A stretch of 64,000 nt of DNA from Amphiscolops sp. MND2022 (GCA_964187785.1 OZ076413.1:44518001-44582000); one strand, 5' to 3'; positions 50,201-61,867 are shown, counted from the stretch's first letter. Translations and numbers: made by a program. Notes: generated from the sequence alone by a model not told the origin.

Positions 50201-51641
50201 TATGTCGCGTGGGGACATCAAAGGACTCACTGCTCTAGCCGAACTGTTGCAGAAGAAGGACGCACAAGATTATCCCGCACACCTGGCGAAAATGATCACT
50301 TCTTTGCACCATTGGATTTACTGTAGCTTAGTCTTCTCTTCGGGACTCTTTGTTGGAGTTGATAAGAAACAACCACTTTATGACGGACGTCAATTGGTGA
50401 CGGAGGTGGCGGGCTTCCTTACACCTAACCAGCTGGCGGACTTCACACTGTCCGAAGTGGAAGACTTAATACCAGTGTTAGCACCCGTGCTAACTCCGAT
50501 ATTTGGTCCGACTGGGATACTCCGATACCCAACTAAACCCCTACGACTTGCCTCAGAAACCCCATCGGTGTCCATCCTGACATTTATAAAGAACGTAAAG
50601 CCCCATAACTATCAACAAATGCTGGAACGTGGGTTGTACTTGAGGGTACCCCGCATGTATACGACGATCAAAAATGAAACCCAGCAGGATGAGAATCTAT
50701 CGGGAATACTGAAAGCTCGAACGAAGAAGGCTTGCCCTCTCCCACGAGAGTATGGCCCAGTAAACTGGTATAACTCGCCTCTGGATGACAAGGGCATCCC
50801 AATCCGATTCAACTGGAGTTTCGCACACCTGCGGAAGTATGTGATTGAGTGCGTGCAAGCTATGGGTGGTCACACCAATCGCGATTACCATTTTCAGCTG
50901 ATCAAGATCCCGGCGAGATATTGGCGAGGACCAATAGGCTATGCCAGAGCCAAACCTATCAGCATGATCGAACGCGGGTTTGACGAGCAATATGCATACA
51001 GGGATCACTACAAGTTGGGTGTATGGATGTCTCGCACCTTGGAGGAACGTCAGGGAAGACTAAAAGGGTTAGTCGTACCCCCACAAATCTCGCCAGTATG
51101 GAATCCTGAGGCCAGAGTAACCATGGGGAGTGATATGCCAGCAGAAACCTGCTATCACATCATGGAGCTGCTGAGTGATCCTCTGGGACCAGAATGGGAA
51201 GCTTCAAGACAAATAATCGAGCATGAAAATAGAGACAACTGGTCCAGAGCCTGCGGGCTCTGGGGCAGACCTGACCTGCGCCCTAAAATCAGCGCGAAGC
51301 AGAAGCGCCCCATCGCTACAAGGAACAGGCCGATCGACTTGCCACATCTATTCAATGCAAGTCGACTAGATGTGCAGATTCCGGCTGACGTCCCCGCATC
51401 CAGCTCAACCAACGCCACTGAATCTAATGCCGCACAAGAGCATTCCCCTGAGGCATCCACCCCAATACCAACGACCAGTGACCCTTGCAGTTCCAGTGCC
51501 GCTCCCAATACACCGGAGACTGCCCATAACGCCTCTGGACCAGTACTGCGAGAAGCCACGGTCCGTAGAGGATCATTGTCCGAGATGGAAGAGAAGAAGA
51601 GCACTTCGCCCAGGGCGCGCCACTCCTCCGCCACACAATGA
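47241..51641 (+). pseudogene. Large accessory ORF in the env position (about 1,450 aa reconstructed), Pro/Ser-rich linker plus SGNH-like segment
   Basis: ORFs 47082/47730/49295/50184 join through one TAG (47697-47699) and two frameshifts (about 49281 and about 50170). Confidence 0.7.
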
Positions 51642-52168
51642 AGCGAAGTCCAAACATCACCGTTAAACTAAGAATTGCTGTTATGCTTTAAATGTCGCTA
51701 CTAAGCTCTTTTATCGAAGCTTTGTTGTCAGATGTCGTTGATACGCTTCAACATTGTAACGAACTTTGCAGTTGTATACGAAAACATCAATTAATCACGG
51801 TGCAGAAACCAAGATGCGAGGTTGAAGCCCGCGGGCTTCTTCCTCCTCATCTGTATCATTTCGGTGCAATAATTTTCGTTGTAGTTAGTGTTACTAGCTT
51901 GAGGGTATATAGTACACATCCCAAGCATATTCATCAGGTGCTATTACACCCATTTTAGTTACTAGTTTTGATATTGATTTTTGATAACGTCTGGAAAGAC
52001 GGAAAAAGAAGAGAAGAGAACAAAGGAAAAGAAAGAAATGAAAGCTTTTGAGCATTAACCTGTTGTTTTCCTTGAGTTACATAGAAGGACTGAGATTGAG
52101 TCTCACAAAATATTTTTTAAAATAAAAATTGACTATATCTGTTAAATTGATGGGAGCTGCTAAAAAAG

Positions 52169-52570
52169 ATGTTTTTACCAAGCGCCAAGCAGCGCGAAGC
52201 TCCCGAGCTTCGGAAAAGAAGTTTAACTTGTCATGTGAAGGTCGTTGACCTTAAAACAGATTTTGACACGGACGGCCGAACTTTGAGAGGCCGAAAAGAA
52301 GTTTTAAAAGCCCGAGTAGCTCGCGACGGGATATTAAAAAAAATTTGCCGTGTTAAATTTGTATACGAAGCTGTAAGTAGTTTTGATCAAAATGCAGCAA
52401 TGCTGGGTCAAAAACGCTTCCAATGGTCAACCGGACGACGCGACGACGAAACAGTCTATGCAATGCAGCTTGCGACGGCAGATGAGCTCCTAGAGATGAT
52501 ACCTGGCAAGGAACTCGATGACGCCTACCCTCACTTGACGGGGACGTCAAGCATAGACCCCGGGGAGTGA
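52169..52570 (+). CDS. Possible small 133-aa ORF ending exactly at the 3' LTR boundary
   Basis: ATG start and protein-like composition; its TGA abuts the LTR TGT; no recognisable motif. Confidence 0.3.
   Translation: MFLPSAKQREAPELRKRSLTCHVKVVDLKTDFDTDGRTLRGRKEVLKARVARDGILKKICRVKFVYEAVSSFDQNAAMLGQKRFQWSTGRRDDETVYAMQLATADELLEMIPGKELDDAYPHLTGTSSIDPGE
52562..52570 (+). promoter_or_regulatory. Short polypurine tract
   Basis: GGGGAGTGA immediately 5' of the 3' LTR. Confidence 0.5.
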
Positions 52571-53302
52571 TGTAACGATCACTTATCGAGTCCGAGAATT
52601 CGAAATTTTTTTTGAAAATTTCGTTCAAGGGACTAGATGCCCTCCCCTGAAAAGTCATATTCCGCTGAAGGATACCGTGTCTTTACCAAAGGACCTGTCC
52701 CCGAAATTGAAAAGGATTTGAGCGAGAGAAGCAGAAGAGACCCACTACGAACTAGACGACTACAGGAATCCGCAAAACCTGTCAGAAAAAGACTCAAATT
52801 TCGGCCGATACGGACTAAACTCTGTTCCCATCGGTGCTTTCTTTAGCAGATCATTACAATATGTTGTGACCACCAAAATGAGTCAACTAGCTTGAACAAG
52901 CATCCGTGCTTGTGTCCCAGGCTAATTGCTGCCCCAAAAGTGCTAATTATGCAGTAAATTGCGTATTTTGTCGTGGTAATAGCTCGTGAGCTACTTATTT
53001 CGATTTCCTCTGTAGCTACAAGAGAACACGATTTTCCTTTTCCACCTCACCTGTTTTTAAAGGCTATCTAAGCGCTGGTTTCGAAGAAAAAGCGTAATTC
53101 GCGTTACTGATAGCAATTACAGACTGGATCAGGCCGGCGAGCACTTCACAAGAAGCGGAATCCTCCTCTGACGGGGCAGTTTTTACCCGAAGGAGGCAAA
53201 ATGAGCTCATGGTCATGGGCGCCTGTCCCGGGCAAATACCCATATCATGTGTTCCTCTTACTCTCATGGTTACGGCGACAGTGGTGAGAGCCTGTCGTTA
53301 CA
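52571..53302 (+). repeat. 3' LTR (732 bp)
   Basis: By eye differs from the 5' LTR by about 4 substitutions and 2 bp of homopolymer length. Confidence 0.97.
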
Positions 53303-54454
53303 GTTTGTCATGGGGAGAGAGTATTCGGAAGATTTTCCATGACAACTTATGCGACGCGAGAGGAGTTGCCGTGGCTTTGACAGAGGTACTAGCTCAATCA
53401 GTCTTTGGAAATCCTTCACGTTTAGCTCTGATGAGCGCTCCAGAGTAGAGGCAAAAAAGGAACTTTCAGCTCAAAAAGCCACCTTTTCTCAACCCGAAAT
53501 CCGCCATGAGAGCGGGAAGGTACCTTTCAACCAAATGAAAGTTTCACAAAAAACGCACAGAGCCAAAAAACGTTTTGAAAAGGAATGATAAAGTATTGAA
53601 AATAAAACAGCTGTTCGGTTAAGTTGACAAAGAATAAGGTCTCACAATACCAAAAATAATCCTTTCGTCTTTAAATGATTCTGTATCAACTCTAAATATC
53701 CTAAAAATCAAATAGGGGACCCTTTTGTATCATTGAAAAAATCTCCAAGAAACGTTATTTCCGGTATACGTTATATCCGGTGTTCGTTATATCCGATTTG
53801 CGTTAAATCCGGAATAGGTTGTGTTATTGTCGAATGGGCCTCTTTTGCAGCTCAAATGCAGTATCTAGATTACCAAAAGGGACATCGCCAAAATTGAAGG
53901 GTAGAACTATTTTGGACAGTTCAGTTGTATCGAAAAAAAAACTGACGAAAAGCCATGATTATAGTCGACTTTTTTCTTGAGAAAAGCGCCGAATAAAAAG
54001 GGTTATTAAATTCTGCCTCTAAAATACACTAAGATTTCAGCTTGAACTGTACTTGATAAAACTTCATAAACTGTACTTTGATCCTGGGCTCATCATATAC
54101 AGGCCATTTATGGCTACATGGTGACTTAAGACGGGATCATATTTCCATCACTATATAGTCCATAAACTTGTTCCATAAACATTTCAGCTTAACGTAGAAA
54201 ACTGAAAAAACTTCCCTTTACAATTTTTTGGCATCTTGTGCTGCCTTATGTATGATTGATCTCGAATTGAGCGCAAATCTAATGTGCGATTGATTCATTC
54301 GATCACAAGACATATGATACGAAAAGTTCAAGTGACTTTCCTTCAAGTCGCAAAATTTAAGTCATTTCAGTCATTCAAAATTATATCTATGGTCTATGGG
54401 AAACTCCGATATGTCATCAGAAGTTCGTTCATAGTAAATGGTAATCCAGAGGTG

Positions 54455-54996
54455 CACGGATCCTAATTCATGAGGCTTCCATGCAATTTCATACGTGGAA
54501 CTGTTTCCATGCATGGAATTGCATGGAAAGAAAACGCTAATATTGTAAATAGTTGAAATTTCAAATTTCTGAGGTTGACCGTGTCTCTTTTAGCAGAAAA
54601 ACAAGAGACGGTCGTTCGATATTGGAGAATGTAGTAAAGATGTATGAAGAATACACCTGTGGGTCCTGCTCGTGATATTTTCGAGTCGCGCACTAGCAGA
54701 GCCCATCCAAATTCCCAGCACAAAGACTTCAGTTCCAAATATCTGCAAACGACTTTTTAAAATTCTTTCGATTCCTGTGCGTTCCAATTTTGTTGTGCTG
54801 AGTTCGAGATTTTACGTGGTCTATGTGCTTTTTCGAAGGGCTTCGTTCATGGTACCACATGATTCCACGTGTTCCTATGCCTGGAATTATATGAATCCAT
54901 GCGATTCGATGAATCGAAACGGCATGAACCTGTCGTATAAAATATATGATTCCATGCATGAAATTTTATGGAATCCCATGTGGAGTTGGATCCGGG
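54455..54996. mobile_element. Degenerate MITE with C(A/C)CGGATCC termini and CCATGCATG(G/A) subterminal repeats
   Basis: Imperfect inverted termini cacggatcc... / ...ggatccggg. Confidence 0.5.
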
Positions 54997-55148
54997 AAAC
55001 TTTGAAAGCCACTGTTTCGTCAAACTTTGAAGACTTACAGCATGTTCACAAAAGTAACTTTTACCAAATTTGGTTCCATAGATTGATTCAATGTAACTGA
55101 ATTTTTCAAAAGAAAATTTTTTCGAAGGTAACAGATTAATTAACTAAC

Positions 55149-55287
55149 GGTGATGTAGTTTAGATCAGTTTGTTTCTGTTGTGGGAGATCTAGATGCAGT
55201 TTCACAAAACGAACTATCGTTTGAGCTTCTCTCAGGTTATCCGAAACTTCCAAATAGCCAATGAGAAACTTTGAGTGAATCTGCGTT
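55149..55287 (-). CDS. Giant gene exon (phase 2-0)
   Basis: Open frame RTQIHSKFLIGYLEVSDNLREAQTIVRFVKLHLDLPQQKQTDLNYIT between a cag acceptor and ACC|gttagt donor; the exact donor is less certain. Confidence 0.55.
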
Positions 55288-55360
55288 CTGAAAATAAAGT
55301 GCTGTTTTCATAACATGGAAAACTTTAAAGAGACCCCTGATCTTCAAATTAAATGCTAAC

Positions 55361-55702
55361 CTTTCTTGGGCTATGAGTACAAGTTTTTTCAGCCTTTGTT
55401 TTTGATCATTGAACATTTCCAGCATTTTCTGTACGACTGAATTGAAGACCACGGTTACGTCATATTCAAGTTCCAGCTTTATCAGCTCGTGCAATTCGGT
55501 CACAAGTTCTGCCAAAGGAACTGACATCGATTGCAGGCAAAGAATGTGATTGGATACTGTGACTGACCAATCCGAGAAGTTTTTCTCAATATCCAATGGC
55601 GGGCGTCCATCTAGCGCACTCGATTGAGTCAGCACTGTGAGCTCGTCGATAGAAAGTGTGAAATTTTCCAAGAAAAGGAGGAAGGTTTTCATCATGTTCA
55701 AT
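55361..55702 (-). CDS. Giant gene exon (phase 2-2), helical, spectrin-repeat-like
   Basis: Acceptor tttttgatttag, donor AG|gttagc; corresponds to ORF 55237..55701; followed by a 73-bp intron 55288-55360 ending tttattttcag. Confidence 0.65.
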
Positions 55703-55879
55703 CTAAATCAAAAAGCTTTTGAGAAGATAATCAATAAATTCGAATTAAAACTTTTTTTGACAAAAAGCCGCGATTAATTTTTTTCTGTATCGGCGTAATA
55801 GGAACATGAATCAGACATCCAAATTTCCAGTAAAAGCAGGAGAAAATTTTACGACCATGAGCCTTATTTGACAGCCCCC

Positions 55880-56200
55880 CAAAGCAAACGCGGGGGGAAT
55901 AAGGCACAAGGTTCAAACACCAGTACGTCATCGTTGGCATTGAAATTTTGGTCCAATAAAATATATGATGTCGACATAATCCTATCTTTTAAATTGGCTG
56001 CTATTTAACTGGAGAAAATTTGCGTTGAAATACGGGGCCTTTTTATACTATTTTAGCTTGTTCCAAGCGCGAATTTTTGATATTTTGGACAATAATATCG
56101 AAAAATTAGGGTAATGTTTTGCTAGAAGTGTCAAAACAGCTGTAAAAACAATCCTTTAAGTATTCACGTTCATATATCATTCTCTTGATAGTGAAATATT
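55880..56200 (+). repeat. Dispersed repeat, second copy at about 63650-64000
   Basis: Shared caaggttcaaa, tgaaattttggtccaataaaat and gaagtgtcaaaacagctgtaaa blocks in the same order. Confidence 0.75.
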
Positions 56201-56621
56201 TTTATTGAAGAACAAAATGTGTTTTTTGTTGGGGGAAGTTCGAAGCAGGAATAAGACACATGGTCCAAATTTTTGCAAAATCGAATTTCATCAATGAAAA
56301 ACTAAAGCGTCTGAAAAAAGTTTTTTTAACAAATGGAAACTCTGAAAAAACTACTGTTGGATTCTGAAAGAGACCAGAGAAGAACTCATCAATAAAATAC
56401 TAATTAGTTTTTGGAATTAACCGTAAGTCAATTAGAAAGGACGGAGACACAAATTGGTCGACTATTACGCTACGCATAACAAAGCAGCCGATTTTTGATG
56501 AATAACAGTTTAGAAATTGGCACTTTTGTTGTGTTGAGAAGCGGCCATTTTGTGGTGCATCCAATTGGGACATAAAGTGAACATTCAATTGGGAAAAATA
56601 CAAAAAGTGTATTGAACCTAC

Positions 56622-56820
56622 TTGGACATCTGAATGGAAGTGACGTTGGTGACTTTGTTGAACCTTTCTCGCAAGTACTCAGTCTGGGCAACTATCTCCT
56701 TATTCTTGCTCAGTCTAGCTCTGCTAATGACGTCATTCTCTATTTCCATCAACTGCCACAAGAAGGCGTCACTGTTTTCGAAAAGCTCGCCCAAAGATTG
56801 AAGATCTGGAGACATAAACT
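56622..56820 (-). CDS. Giant gene exon (phase 1-2), amphipathic helical, spectrin-repeat-like
   Basis: Acceptor tattcattag, donor AA|gtaggt; reads EFMSPDLQSLGELFENSDAFLWQLMEIEND...; phase matches both neighbours. Confidence 0.65.
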
Positions 56821-57170
56821 CTAATGAATAAAAGATACATGTAGCAAATGTAGTACATGTATGTAGTATATGTAGTATGCGCGGGTATCATAATTTGTTC
56901 GGGGAGAGAAAAACTTGATATTCTCGAATAGAAATGACGAAATCAAAATTATTTCTGGACCATGTTTCTCTTTTCCCAAAATAAAATCCTTTCCTGCTGG
57001 GGGGAGGGGTACGAAACAATGGTCCTTGTTGTTAGCAATACTGTTAAAATTCAAGCAGCTTTAAATTAGGTCTACATGACTTTGAAATCTTGAACATGAT
57101 CAGCATGCATGTTTTTAGGGTTTCTCTTGTTTGATGTTGTTTCCCTCATCTGAACCCAAAACAATCTAAC

Positions 57171-57287
57171 CTTCAATCGTTGTTTCTTTCTGCATCTTGT
57201 CTCTCATCCTCTCCTCAAGCTGCGACATTTGAGCCAAAACTTCATTACTTTGTTCCACCAACAAACTCTCGTCCAAAGTGACTTCGC
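57171..57287 (-). CDS. Giant gene, first exon resolved in window (phase 1-1, helical: EVTLDESLLVEQSNEVLAQMSQLEERMRDKMQKETTIE)
   Basis: Acceptor ttttacattctag, donor G|gttag; 117 bp open frame that joins the next exon in phase. Confidence 0.6.
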
Positions 57288-57927
57288 CTAGAATGTAAAA
57301 AAGCAAATCATTCTTTTGTGTTTGATATTCCCTGGTCTCAAAGAAACACATGTTAATATTCTGAAGTGATATCGAAAGTTGAAGTGCAGTGGCACTGATA
57401 TATTTCCATCAGTTTGAAATAACAGAGGTAGGGCTCAAAAACGTCCTGTTCTTGTCGTAATTGGAAAAACCCTTGAAGTTCCCATAAAAATCGACATTAT
57501 TCAAGAACGAACATCTTCGTAACTGTAGAAAAAAACAGAAACCAATGACTAATAACTGACCGATTGTTCGATGAAGATGCTGCCTAAGTTTTAATTACAA
57601 TTATCAAAACAAGCCGGGAGCGGCACGAGTTGGCGCCATATCTAACGCTCAAAATTGTAAAAAGGAGGACCCTTTGGTGAAAATGTTTTTAGGAAAAGCT
57701 CACAATGCCGGAAAAAACTGAAAGGAGAGACCCTTTAGTCTCGTACAGTTTGTATGTTATGCAAAAAAGGAACAACTCTTATAGTCCAGTTCCCTTGGCC
57801 AAAAGGTACAATTTGGCGCCTTAAAATTTTGCAGAAGTTTTGATAGAACTAGTTTGGTTACTTCATGTGTATCGAAAAAAAAACACTGACGAAAAACCAT
57901 GACTATAGTTGACTCTTTTCTTAAGAA

Positions 57928-58041
57928 AAGCGCCGACTAATAAATATTGGTTTTTTATTCCCCCCCACTCACCAGTGAGTTTTCAAAAAAATCACTGGTG
58001 AGTGGGGGGAACAAAAAACCAATATTTATTAGTCGGCGCTT
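57928..58041. repeat. Near-perfect inverted repeat, about 50-bp arms and 13-nt spacer
   Basis: aagcgccgactaataaatattggtttttt...ccactcaccagtga / tcactggtgagtgg...aaaaaaccaatatttattagtcggcgctt. Confidence 0.9.
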
Positions 58042-59578
58042 ATATATATTCGTCACTGGCTAGCAATAAAAATTTTAAATATTTTGTCCAATGTTGTGTG
58101 AGGAGAAAGAAAAATTGTTCGATCAAAGATTTCGTTTCTACACACCCAGGACTGTATTTATAACCATCCGTAATTTTACCACACTTCCTGAATCAATTTT
58201 TCTACACGCCTAGTATTGAAATATTTTATAATCATAACAGTTGGTCGAGTTAAGTTTCGAGTATTTCGTGTACAAAATTGTAGTATTAGATTTGTGTTAA
58301 CAGTTGCAACATTAAAATTAATATCAAATAATAAGGCTCAACAGAAATACAATGGAACAAAAAATAAAAAAATATGGTACTGTGCATAACTAAAAATAAA
58401 TTTCTTACTCACAAATTCAATGAAAAGGCGCCGTGCGCACCAAAACCATGTTTCCGAAGAACGAACGTTGAAGAGCTTTACGCTTCCAGAAACGGAACCA
58501 TGTCCTTATTCTGAAGTGGAGGCTCTGTGCTGATTCGAGTCCCGAAACGATCGAGCCCCAAAAAGATCAGATCAGCAAGTCAAAACCAAACAAAACAAAG
58601 CAAATTACACGGAACAGAAAAGTCCCGTCTCGGAAAGTTTCGAGAAAACGGTACTTGTATCCAGAAGAAGAAAAACCTCAATCTGAAACTACATCAAGTG
58701 ACGATTTAGGAAACTGAAAAAGAAAACCTCAATAAAATATATATTGAACGTGTAGTTCTTCTGCAAGCAACGCTTCCAGAAACTGAACAATGTCCTTACT
58801 CTGAGGTGGAGGCTCTCTGCTGATGTGGATTTAAAGAACACACGTGACAGGACTCAATATATTCAAGATGTCAAGACAAAATCCATAATCTTACCAAGAT
58901 ATTCAAGATCCAAGATCTTGCCAAGATTTCCAAGAAAAAAGATCCTGTCAAGATATCCTAGATGAAGCCCAAGATTTTACGAAGAAATTCAAGATGTCAA
59001 GAGAAAACCGAAGATCTTTCCAAGATATTCAAGATTTTCCTAAGATCTTGGTAAGATATTCAGAACATCAAACGGTGGGTACATTTGTTTCAATACTTGT
59101 TCAACATTAACCCTAAATGGACAAGGAAATTTTCGAATCCACCCAAAACGCAGGTGCTCAAACTTTGAACTGCAATATCTCCAAAACTATTCAAGTCCCA
59201 CAAAAGCGCGTTCGAAAGAAGACAATCAGGGCTTTCATTTTGATTTTTAAACAGGCTGTGTATGTGGCCCGCTAGCGCGGGCCTCTTGCGCGTAAAGTTT
59301 TTTTTGCGCGAAAACATCTGCTGGCGCGAAAACATCTGCTGGCGCGAAAACATCTCCAGTCTTTGCGCCAAAACTTTGCACGCCGCGTGTCACATACTGC
59401 ATTTCAGCATGCTTAAAAACATGCTAGGGCCACTTTGACCCAATCTTGATACCAGTGGAATTAAGTGGCCACAAACAAAATCTGAAAAACGGAAATTTGC
59501 GATCATTCAAAAAAAATTTTGTCCCGTTTTCTTGATTTCGGAGGCATCAAGTCAATATTCAGTGGATAGGTGTGCAAT

Positions 59579-60118
59579 CCCTGTGTAAAAACTCTTGCAA
59601 CTCTTGATAAGAATCTTGGATATTCCTGGATTTCAAGGTAAGAAACTTGGCAAGATTCTTACCAAGTAATCCACGAATTTGTAAGATCTTGCAAGATCGT
59701 GGCAAGAAATTCAAGAGATGATCTGACAAAAGTGAATGAAAATAAACAAAAACCGACGCCAACTGCAGCTTGATCAGCGTACCTTTTATGCCGCAGCTTT
59801 TCGCGCTACCAACCAAGCTCTCACGTTCTGAAAATCACTACTTTGTGTTGTCTTATATCCAATAATTCAAAGAGTGATAGTGTAGCTGATAGTGCGAACA
59901 ATATCAAAGTACTTGTAAAGAAAATTGCTGTTAGTTTTACAACTTATTCATTCTCTTGACACTCTTGATAAGACTATTACCAAGATTCCTATTAAGAGTT
60001 TCAAGAGGTTTATGTGAAGCAAGAATAAACAAGATCTTATCAAGAGTTTCAAGAGTAAACGGGAATATGTAAGAATAAGCAAGATCTTGGTAAGAGTTTC
60101 AAGAGTTTTTACACTGGG
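59579..60118. mobile_element. MITE with CCC(A/T)GTGTAAAAACTCTTG TIRs and AT duplication (CMC/EnSpm-like termini)
   Basis: at|CCCTGTGTAAAAACTCTTGCAACTCTT ... AAGAGTTTCAAGAGTTTTTACACTGGG|at; CAAGATCTT subterminal repeats. Confidence 0.8.
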
Positions 60119-60220
60119 ATGCTATGTATAATATCGTCTGAAAATATCATTCAAGGGTTTTCTTCGCCATGCGGTCAGCTGGTGCCTTCAGAAGTTTGCA
60201 GAAACTATTTGGTACGAATT

Positions 60221-60692
60221 CAGGGTTGCCGAAAAAATTATTTCAACGGAAATGGTTGCAATAAATAAATAAAAATAAATTATTTTTGAGGTGATGGAAT
60301 AAAAATTATTTATTTTTGAATCCTGAAATGCGAATTATTTAACCGCCAAAAAAAATCTGCAATAACAAATTGCGTCGTCAGCCAACAGAATTGCGTCGCA
60401 TCGGTTGACACAAACTCATTTGCGACATGCATTGTCACCACTGCATGTGGAGGCCATTCAATTTCTCCATTATGACAGGGAACTCTGGTCGGCAGAAGCT
60501 GTTTCAAAAGTCATATAATTGTTATATATAATCATATAATTGTAAATTATATTTTGATTGTGAAATTATTGCAATTATTGCAATAATTTATTTTTGAAAC
60601 AAATGTTTTGCAATTATTTATTTTGAGTATAGAAATAAAATAATTGTATTTTTGGCTAAAATATTATGAAAATAATATTTTCGGTACCCCTG
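60221..60692. mobile_element. hAT-type MITE
   Basis: CAGGG...CCCTG termini with an exact 8-bp TSD TACGAATT (60213-60220 and 60693-60700). Confidence 0.85.
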
Positions 60693-61040
60693 TACGAATT
60701 CGACGCTATCGTCCATTTAGGGTTAAAATGAAAATCAAAATATATTGGTCAAAGACACAAATACATTGGAACAAAAAATAAATATTTTAATTTGTACAAA
60801 ACTAAAAATAAAAGTATTTTATTCATTCATTGTCATTATATTTAAATACAATATATTTTTACATCCCTGCATCCAAATACAAACTTTGTTCACGCTATTT
60901 TTCTCTATGAAGTCACTTATTTTTGATTAGGAAAATTGGAACATAATCAAAGTCAAAGTGAGTAATGTAAACAAATGTTTGTTCAAACGAAAAACTAAAT
61001 TCCAAAGAAGTTGACTTCCTGTTGCGGAACAAGATTTTTT

Positions 61041-61449
61041 GGCTCTTTTCTGTTTTCCCCCCACCACCAAATTTTTTGGACGTAAATTTCTATAAAAACT
61101 TTAGACTAGCCTAATTAAAAGTAAAACCTTCTTTCATAATGGGAATTTAACGTATATTGGAAGAGTTTTTTGCTTGAACAAAACATTGTTCACGCGTTTT
61201 GATTATAATTATGTTCGTATCAAGTGTTTATTGATGACTCAAAACAGGAAGCTGTTGATTTCTTCATCAAAAATGTGTGACCACATTTTGAAAAAGTGTG
61301 AACAAAGTTCGGATCTGGCTCCAAAACCGTCACACTAAAAATAATTGTAAATTTGAAGCTTTTGGGTTTGTATTCAAGTCATTTTGTAATAAGATTTTCT
61401 CTTATTTTTCCAAAAAAAAATGGTGGTGGCGGGGGAACAGAAAAGAGCC
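61041..61449. mobile_element. MITE with GGCTCTTTTCTGTT TIRs and 8-bp TSD (Merlin-, MULE- or hAT-like)
   Basis: TIR extends imperfectly to about 40 bp; flanked by GATTTTTT on both sides. Confidence 0.75.
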
Positions 61450-61794
61450 GATTTTTTCCTAATTAAGGCCACTTTGAAAACAGGAAAGAGCCTAAGTTCA
61501 TTTTTTGATAATTATAACTCATTTTGTCATTATTTTCAGAAAACCCCTATATCAAACCGAATATCATTTTTCTCTGCCTGAGTTTTTAATTACGTCTAGG
61601 AAAATGTTCACTCTAACCGGTCAAGCACTGCTGTTGAAATTCCAGCACCCTCAAAAGAACTGACGAATTACGGTTCAACTTGCTCTGCTGGTCAACGCTG
61701 CCTTCAGTCTGCATTGAATCCAATACGTTCTTCAAGTGATTTGTTCTACCGTATAACTCCACAATATGTTCTTCCTGAAACCACTCATTTTTAA

Positions 61795-61867
61795 GCGACC
61801 ATGGCGCAGTCGGCAGCGCGTAAGTCTCATAATCTTAAGGTCGTGAGTTCGAGCCTCACTGGTCGCA
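61795..61867 (+). tRNA. tRNA-Met (CAT), elongator type
   Basis: Cloverleaf GCGACCA/TGGTCGC, D-stem GCGC/GCGC, anticodon loop CTCATAA, T-arm GTGAG-TTCGAGC-CTCAC; G1:C72 pair and TTC T-loop argue against initiator; TTTTT Pol III terminator 4 nt downstream. Confidence 0.93.

Larger units (their letters stand above)
33604..53302 (+). mobile_element. Full-length 19.7-kb Ty3/Gypsy LTR retrotransposon, intronic and antisense to the host gene
   Basis: Paired TGTAAC...GTTACA LTRs, PBS, gag with CCHC, PR-RT-RH-IN domain order, extra 3' ORFs. Confidence 0.97.

Noticed and set aside
53424..53460. CTGATGAG hammerhead-core-like word
   Set aside because: No stem II followed by GAAA and no closing stems.
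55039..55096. Candidate micro-exon between a ttcag acceptor and a gtaagt donor
   Set aside because: Not in phase with the best donor of the preceding exon; left out of the gene model pending RNA data.
58413..58825. Possible further exons and a 55-bp duplicated segment (about 58480 and 58770)
   Set aside because: A gtgagt donor is present, but all three minus-strand frames contain stops; it may be UTR but cannot be supported as CDS.
59306..59356. 3 x 18-bp GCGCGAAAACATCTGCTG and ORF 59090..59371
   Set aside because: Minisatellite inside a small degenerate TIR-like element; the ORF is a by-product.
61795..61867. Local tRNA-Met as the primer for the LTR element
   Set aside because: Its 3' end predicts a PBS of TGGTGCGACCAGTGAG, which does not match TGGCGACCACAGAGGGA.
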